Of a DNA stretch of 64,000 bases, positions 57,797 to 64,000 are shown in pieces. The notes below the pieces were generated by a model. The model made no database searches. It was not told where the DNA came from and saw only the letters and a program-made list of their open reading frames with translations. Numbering within the stretch: the first letter of the stretch is position 1; every line of letters begins with the position of its first letter. The position numbers and the translations under genes were made by a program. The stretch is from Novakomyces olei (taxonomy: Eukaryota), in contig JADEYG010000004.1 in assembly GCA_016906335.1 (NCBI GenBank), positions 558,001 through 622,000 on the forward strand, written 5' to 3'.

Positions 57797-60700
57797 CTAT
57801 AATGACAAATCACCCAATCCTTGATCTTGCAACGCCTCGTTTATGGTATCATGAAACAGGTTAAACGTCGTGCTCAACCACAAGTTATGAGCCTCGTCTC
57901 TTCCGCTATTCTGCAGGAGCGACAGAGTCCGCAGAACCTGTTCGGCTTTCCAAAAAGCCCTTTCCTTTGTGATTAAATCTCGCAAATAGTCCCGAATTAG
58001 CGTAATGTCTTCCTCGTGTGGCGGCTCCATAACCGCCGAGCACTCTGCACACCATGAGCGAATAGAGCTTCGAATAAATTTAAAATCTGTTTTCTCCTGG
58101 AAAGCAGCCAAAGATTTTACTGCAAGTTTTTTGTCCGCAACAAGACTTATCGTCCGATACGATCGAGCGCTCCGATCAAAGTTGTTTATCGTCTCTACAA
58201 CTTTGTGATTTTCCAATTGCCTTTTCTGCATGGCTCTTTCGCGATTGATCTGTTCAATAACTTCATCACGGATCTCTAAAGGCAATTCTGATAAAAACTC
58301 CATGTCAACGTTACACTGATCGGGAGAAGTGAGTTTGAGACGTGCCTGTCTCTGCGGAGTCAGCGCCACGTGCCGTGAAACAAAATCGAATTGAGTCAAC
58401 GACGGTTGCTGTTCATCGTCTAATTTCACTTTATTCGCTTGCAAACTTTGCCCTTGACTTTTTGATTCTATTTTCGTTTCTTGCGCTCTTACTGGCCCTT
58501 CGTCTCCGTGCTGATCATGCAGACTTGCCCATTTGAATGATCTGCCGGCCTCGTCTGTAACTAGACCAAAAGTAGCTCGTATCTCGTCCTGAAGATATTC
58601 TGGAAGCTCCAACAACACATCCTGGTCAATGTAGCCCTCATAAGAATCAGATTTTACCAACTCCTTTCTTTTGTTTTTTTCTATTTTTGCCTCCTTGTGC
58701 TCTTTGATCTTTTGCTGTAAGGAAACAGGAAGAAACCCGCATTCTTGTGAATCAATGTTTGATGGGAAAATATACTGTGTAGAGCCGTTGACGTGCAAGG
58801 GCTCCGTCTCGCTTTCAATATCTAAAACTTGAAGTTCGGGAGATTGAGGATTAATTGCGGTTTTTCTTTTAAATTGTTTTGGCATAGTTGCTGCCTCTTT
58901 TTGAGTTTGTTGTTCTTGCTCTTCGTCTCCATTTCCTTTTCCATTTCGTTTGTTATTCTCACTTTCCTCTACTTTTGCTGCCGTCTCTGAAACTTTCACT
59001 CCTCCCCCATCTTGCCCCGTATGTGCCTTGTTTGAAAGCCTTTCTGACCGGAAAAAAGACGTGATACTCGCACCACTAGAGACCGAGTGCCTTTGTACAT
59101 TTATTGGCTCTAATTTGGTCACTTGAATAGCGATTCCGCGATAGTCTCCAGGGCGAATTCTAAACTGCTCGTTCAGCTTTATTGCTTGATAGCCAATTTC
59201 CAGCTTATCATTTGTTGCGGAATTCAGTTGCACTGATTTGCTCACAACTTCCACTATTCCATGCCCTAAATGCTTCCATGTTGTCAATGGCACTCCAGGG
59301 GCCCGTTTCATAAGTTTCAGTGTGATAGATTTGCCCCGAACTCCGGCTTCCACCAGACGCGATTCTACAAGCTGGCAAAGTCGATGCAAAAACTCGACAA
59401 TTTGCTCTTGATTCCAGAATCTTACTCCCCAATTAACCTCAGCAGAGACAGATTTCCGTGCACTTTCATTCGCAGCGTCAGCGACTCGAACGGGATCTAT
59501 TCCTTGAGCATATTGGTAGAGCTTTTCCCCAGTTTTACTGCCTAATACTTTAACAAGCTGGAATTTGGTTGCCCTCTGTGCCTGGGCTACTGTCGTTATC
59601 TGTAACTGCTTTTCCAGTTTACAGGCCTGATGGTACCCGAACCCTGGCAGGTCCTGAACGTCCAAGGGGCCCAAGGCAGTGGCGAAGTCGGAGTCAATAC
59701 AAAAGACACCGTTAGGCTTGGCCTTTCTCAACGAAACTTTGGCCAGTAGAATGTTAGTACCAAGGCCGGCAGAGGTCTGCAACATCGTTTGGTCCCAAAT
59801 GACCTGTCTAACCCTTTCAGCAAAGGTAACTGCTTCCTGTCTTGTGGAGACCAGTGAACTGATATCTACAAGTGCTTCATCAACACTGACTGCTTGAATG
59901 GCATCAGGCTGTAAATCCAAAAGAATCCTATAGAACGTAGCCGAAGCTGCTTCGTAAGCCTCGAATTCATAAGGCAAAACATGGAGATCAGGACAAAGCT
60001 CCCGGGCTCTCTCCATCGGCATTCCGTTACATATTCCAAAGTCTCGAGCTGTGTAATTGCACGAAGCAATTTCTGAGGTCGAATAAGCAGGAGCAGCATT
60101 ACCTGAAGATGCATGAGCAACAACTACACTTTTGCCCTGCAAATGCGGTCGTGATCTGAGACCAACAGAAGCGAAAAATGAATCAAAATCGATGTGCATT
60201 ACCCAAGTCAGAGCACTGCGATTTTTGGGTCGGGAAGTTTGAGTGTTTGATAAACCTTGAGCAGCAATATATTGCATTTTTCGCTTTAACTCGGCCTTCC
60301 AAGTGGAGAGATGATGCAGACGAGAATTGTCGAAATAAGTCTCAAGAAAATTTGGGTTTAGTACAGTGTTTGCCCTTATTTTGGGATCGGACAGGAGCCG
60401 TTTGTTGAAATCTTCTGGCGATTCTTCTAAACATGTTTCTAGAGACGTGTCTTGTTTTTTCTGTTGTTGCTGCTGTCCGGGTTCCTCATAATTTTCCTGA
60501 TCCACCAAATTATCAGGCTTGTCCCCGTTGTCCCCGTTGTCCCTGTTGTCCCTGTTGTCCCTATTTTCCTCACCGTTCGCTTCAGTCCGTTCAGACTGCT
60601 CACCAGGCCATGCGGACTGTGTAGGAAAATCCTGAGAATCAAAATAGTCTTCCACTTCATGAATATCTTCCTGATCAATTATAGTGTTATTTTCCGCAGC

Positions 60701-61434
60701 CGAAAGTGTTGGCTCTTCGTGAGGCACAGGATCTTGCTCTGGAGACGAAAAAGGAGGCGCATCCCGATACGAGGTAGAAACTGCTCGAGGATCTTTAATC
60801 ACGGGTTCATGCACCGAACCCGTGGAGCCCTCTCCAGTTTTAAAACCCAGGAGATGTTGGTCTGGACCTTGATCTAAAACCCGGTAGTCCGCCCAGGGGA
60901 GCGGAGAGAGAGCTCGTACACTGTCTACTATCCATGCAGGCAAAACGACCCGACAGTTTTTGAACTCTTTGCGTTTTGCCGGTGTCAGCTGCGTGCATAC
61001 TATATGTGTGACACTACTCTTAGCAGAAAGATATTGTCGCCAGGTACCGCCGTGCTCAACAACTAAATCATGAAGCTCACGTATTCCTGGTCTCGTATAC
61101 CCGTTAACCTAGCCAATTAGTATGCATATTATATTTTGTTTAAATGCGGTTTTCGTCTGTATTTCACGGAACTTCCTGCTTTTATTCTATCATATTTAAT
61201 GCATTTTCACGATTTCCCGACTCGCTTTCTTTACTCCTATTACTGCTGACGCGTTCCCTCACTTACATGAATGCTCATACCACGGAATATCTGCGGTACA
61301 TTTTTCCGCTCAGCCTGTTTGCGCAAAACTAAATCCTGATTCTGTAATTTGATTTTCTTTCTGCGCATATAATCTTCAAACCCGCCAAATGTGGAGGCCG
61401 AGTATTCCTCGCCGGCTCTTTTCCCCTCCGCCAT
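57797..61434 (-). CDS. REV1: Y-family deoxycytidyl transferase Rev1 (BRCT, polymerase, UBM-like repeats, CTD); intron 61266-61109
   Basis: FGGFEDYMRRKKIKLQ, IH|VNGYT BRCT, SRLHHLSTWK, HIDFDSFFASV, ASCNYTAR, SVDEA, RKSVSAEVNWGVRF, LPLEIRDEV. Confidence 0.94.
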
Positions 61435-61862
61435 ACGCTTGTGTCTAGAGGCTCTTGTCAAAGTCCAAGATTTTCATGATCTGCCATCAAAATTCACTCT
61501 CTACAAGGGCATGTTTGAGATCTGTGGAAAGCGAGAAAGCGTAGGTACAGACTATACCAGTAAGATCGACTGTATAATAGCCATATTCGAATCAGAGAGA
61601 GAAACACTTCACCGATTCAGTCTGACCTCTTCATGGATGCTGTCATATCGTCCGTCAATGTAATCAAAATAAATAATGTAACTAACCCTAACCATAATTA
61701 GCTCGATATAAATGAAAGCACATTACTTGAAAATAATATTCCCTATTCTAATCTAATCTAATCTAATCAAAATAAATTTTTACAGAAGCTATATAAAATT
61801 AGTCGCTGAAAGGGAAAAAAATTTGACGTTTACAACTGCCCTCCAAAAAAGACGAAATCAAT

Positions 61863-63287
61863 ATGATTCCTGTATCAGTTTTTGGCCTTAAAGTCGAGGG
61901 CGACTTCAACGACCCGTTTCAGGCAGATGAGCCTTATACGCACGTCCATGTGACGATGGCGGCGATTGACGCCAGCGAAGGCGGAAACAAACCAGTTACT
62001 CTGAAAATGCTGCGAGTCAAGCCTACTGCCAGTATTTATGGATCTTCTGATGAAGACGAGGATGAGGATGAAGATGAGGATGAAGACGAAGACGAGGATG
62101 AAGACGAAGACGATGAGGATGATGATGAGGATGAAGAAGATGATGACGAAGAAGAAGAAGATGATGACGAAGAAGAAGACGAAGAAGACGAAAATCTAAA
62201 GAAACTGCTTAATGGCGCCAACGAGTCCGAGTCTGGATCAGATTCTGAAGAAGAAGAAGAAGCTGAAGAGTTTGTGGTTTGCACTTTGGTTCCACCAACT
62301 TACCAGCAGCCCTTGGATCTTACTCTTCACCCTGGAGAGCAAGTATTCTTCTCTGCCTCTTCTGAAACTCCAGTTTATCTTACTGGAAACTATGTCATTG
62401 ACGAGAACGAAGACTCTGAGGATGATGACGATGAATCTTCTGCTTATGACAGTGAACCCGACAGCGAAGAGGAGATCGATGACGAGACCCTTCGACGTAT
62501 TCTTGCTCAAGCTTCTGACGATGAAGATGAAGAGATCGATTCCGACGAGCTGGATTCCGACGATGTCGATGCAGCTCTTGACGAGGATCTGAGCGATGAT
62601 GACGACGATATCGAGGAGGATATTGTGGAAGAGGATATTGAAGAAGAATCGCCTAAAGTGGTCGAGATCAGCTCAATACCATTAGAGCAGCGGAAACGTG
62701 CAGCCGAAGAAGACGGTGAAGAAGTCGTAGACGAAGAAGTGGGTGAAGGAGAGGAGACTAAAAAACTCAGCAAAAATCAGCTAAAGAAGCTAAAGAAGAA
62801 GCAAAAGGCCAATGATGGAAGTGTCGTGGAGCCAGAACAGACCAAAAAATCCGACAAGCCGGAAAAGAAATCAGTTCAATTTAGTGCTCAACTGGAACAA
62901 GGCCCTACTGGCGCAACTGCGGCTCGTGCGGAGGCAAGCAAGACTGTTAAATTGGAAAACGGATTGTCTTACACAGATAGCAAAGTTGGTGGAAACGGAC
63001 CTTCTGTCAAATCGGGGTCTCGTGTAGGTATCCGCTATATTGGCCGGTTGGCCAAGAACTCTAAGCAGTTTGATAGCAATACAAAGGGCAAGCCTTTCAC
63101 CTTTACCGTGGGTAAAGGTGAAGTTATTCCGGGCATGGATAAAGGTGTTATTGGCATGAAACTTGGCGGAGAGCGCCGCGTGCAGATTCCCTCAGCGCTG
63201 GCTTATGGAAAGAAAGGGGCTCCTCCTACTATCCCAGGAAATGCAGACCTCATTTTCGAGCTGCGCCTGGTTGATCTTAAGCATTAA
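61863..63287 (+). CDS. Nuclear FKBP-type PPIase with nucleoplasmin-like domain (Fpr3/Fpr4/Fkbp39 type), intronless
   Basis: VTMAAID, EFVVCTL..YQQPLDL, VYLTGNY, long D/E tracts, FKBP domain RYIGRL..FDSN..GEVIPGMDKGVIGMKLGGERR..AYGKKG..IPGNADLIFE. Confidence 0.93.
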   Translation: MIPVSVFGLKVEGDFNDPFQADEPYTHVHVTMAAIDASEGGNKPVTLKMLRVKPTASIYGSSDEDEDEDEDEDEDEDEDEDEDDEDDDEDEEDDDEEEEDDDEEEDEEDENLKKLLNGANESESGSDSEEEEEAEEFVVCTLVPPTYQQPLDLTLHPGEQVFFSASSETPVYLTGNYVIDENEDSEDDDDESSAYDSEPDSEEEIDDETLRRILAQASDDEDEEIDSDELDSDDVDAALDEDLSDDDDDIEEDIVEEDIEEESPKVVEISSIPLEQRKRAAEEDGEEVVDEEVGEGEETKKLSKNQLKKLKKKQKANDGSVVEPEQTKKSDKPEKKSVQFSAQLEQGPTGATAARAEASKTVKLENGLSYTDSKVGGNGPSVKSGSRVGIRYIGRLAKNSKQFDSNTKGKPFTFTVGKGEVIPGMDKGVIGMKLGGERRVQIPSALAYGKKGAPPTIPGNADLIFELRLVDLKH

Positions 63288-64000
63288 GGGAGATTGGCTA
63301 TTGAATAAAAAGTGTTTTGAGTCAGAAATTAAAATATTTGATTGTCTTAAACTTTGGCGGCGCATATACTTTCAATGAAGGATATGAGGGTTGTAGAAAT
63401 AAAAGTAGGGCAAACATGTATAAAGTATTTGTTGGAGGATAAGTAAAAGGTATTGCAAAGTACCAGAAAGCATTTTCGGCCGAATAATATGCAATAACAA
63501 GACACTGTTTTTGGAGCAGTCGTTACGGCCTTTCCACACTTTCAAATATTGTTCACATGAAAAAAAAATCAGAAAATTATACATAATGATTGAAAGATGA
63601 ATAATTATAGACTAAATGCAGCTGCAGACGAAGCTATTTGGAGAGCAAACGCATTGCATGTTGCCCTGATAGACGGCGATGCCCGCTTTATTTGTCACAT
63701 AAATTCGATTGTTTATTGTATAAACAGACATACGAGCTCGCTTATATGCCTCTATCTGTTTTTAAATTCTTCTCTACGTCTTACGTCAGATGTTGGCTTG
63801 CATATACCCAAGTAATACAGCGAGCAATGTATAGATGTTTCATATGGTAAAGTGATTCAACCAATATTTGATAATTCACATATTGTGCATATGTCCACCA
63901 AGACTGCTACGCTGTTTCAGATATTTACTGATAATGAACAACAATCGCATTACGAAATATCACAAATGCGCTGATACAGTATGGCCGTCGCTCAATGTAT

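Noticed and set aside
49116..61693. TAACCCTAACC as a telomerase RNA template (49117, 55259, 61683)
   Set aside because: The motif recurs at many gene boundaries, the gaps look too short for a typical fungal telomerase RNA, and I saw no pseudoknot
63372..64000. Short ORFs at the window end
   Set aside because: AT-rich, no motifs and no consistent exon structure

Overview
Eukaryotic (fungal) chromosomal DNA with about 29 protein-coding genes in 64 kb. It uses the standard genetic code: CTG falls at conserved Leu positions such as VPH1 'FERILWRSL'. Introns are short GT-AG introns with a CTAAC/CTGAC-type branch point close to the acceptor, and AAG acceptors are frequent. This intron style, plus IND1, SF3B6, pinin and an NSRP1-like gene, suggests an early-diverging ascomycete (Taphrinomycotina-like); this is inference only. 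Most genes are housekeeping: IND1, class II aldolase, VPS9, glutaredoxin-like, ERV29, PET100, SYLF/YSC84-like, DUG1, pinin, STN1, CMR1, VPH1, SLU7, TAF1, GPI13, OCT1, TGS1, SF3B6, CWF19, UTP18, XylD-like sugar-acid dehydratase, RTG2-like, CUL3, NSRP1-like, ZIM17, REV1 and a nuclear FKBP. Three further genes have unknown function. I recognised no tRNA, rRNA, transposase or CRISPR. The most unusual signals are: (i) strongly over-represented short TTAGGG dimers at gene boundaries; (ii) long pure AT-rich satellites in bidirectional promoters and introns, including a TATA-like array before TAF1 and an AAUAAA array on the sense strand of a TGS1 intron; (iii) a bacterial-type XylD dehydratase with an added Cys-rich exon; (iv) structured introns. 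Exon boundaries were inferred by eye and need RNA-seq confirmation.
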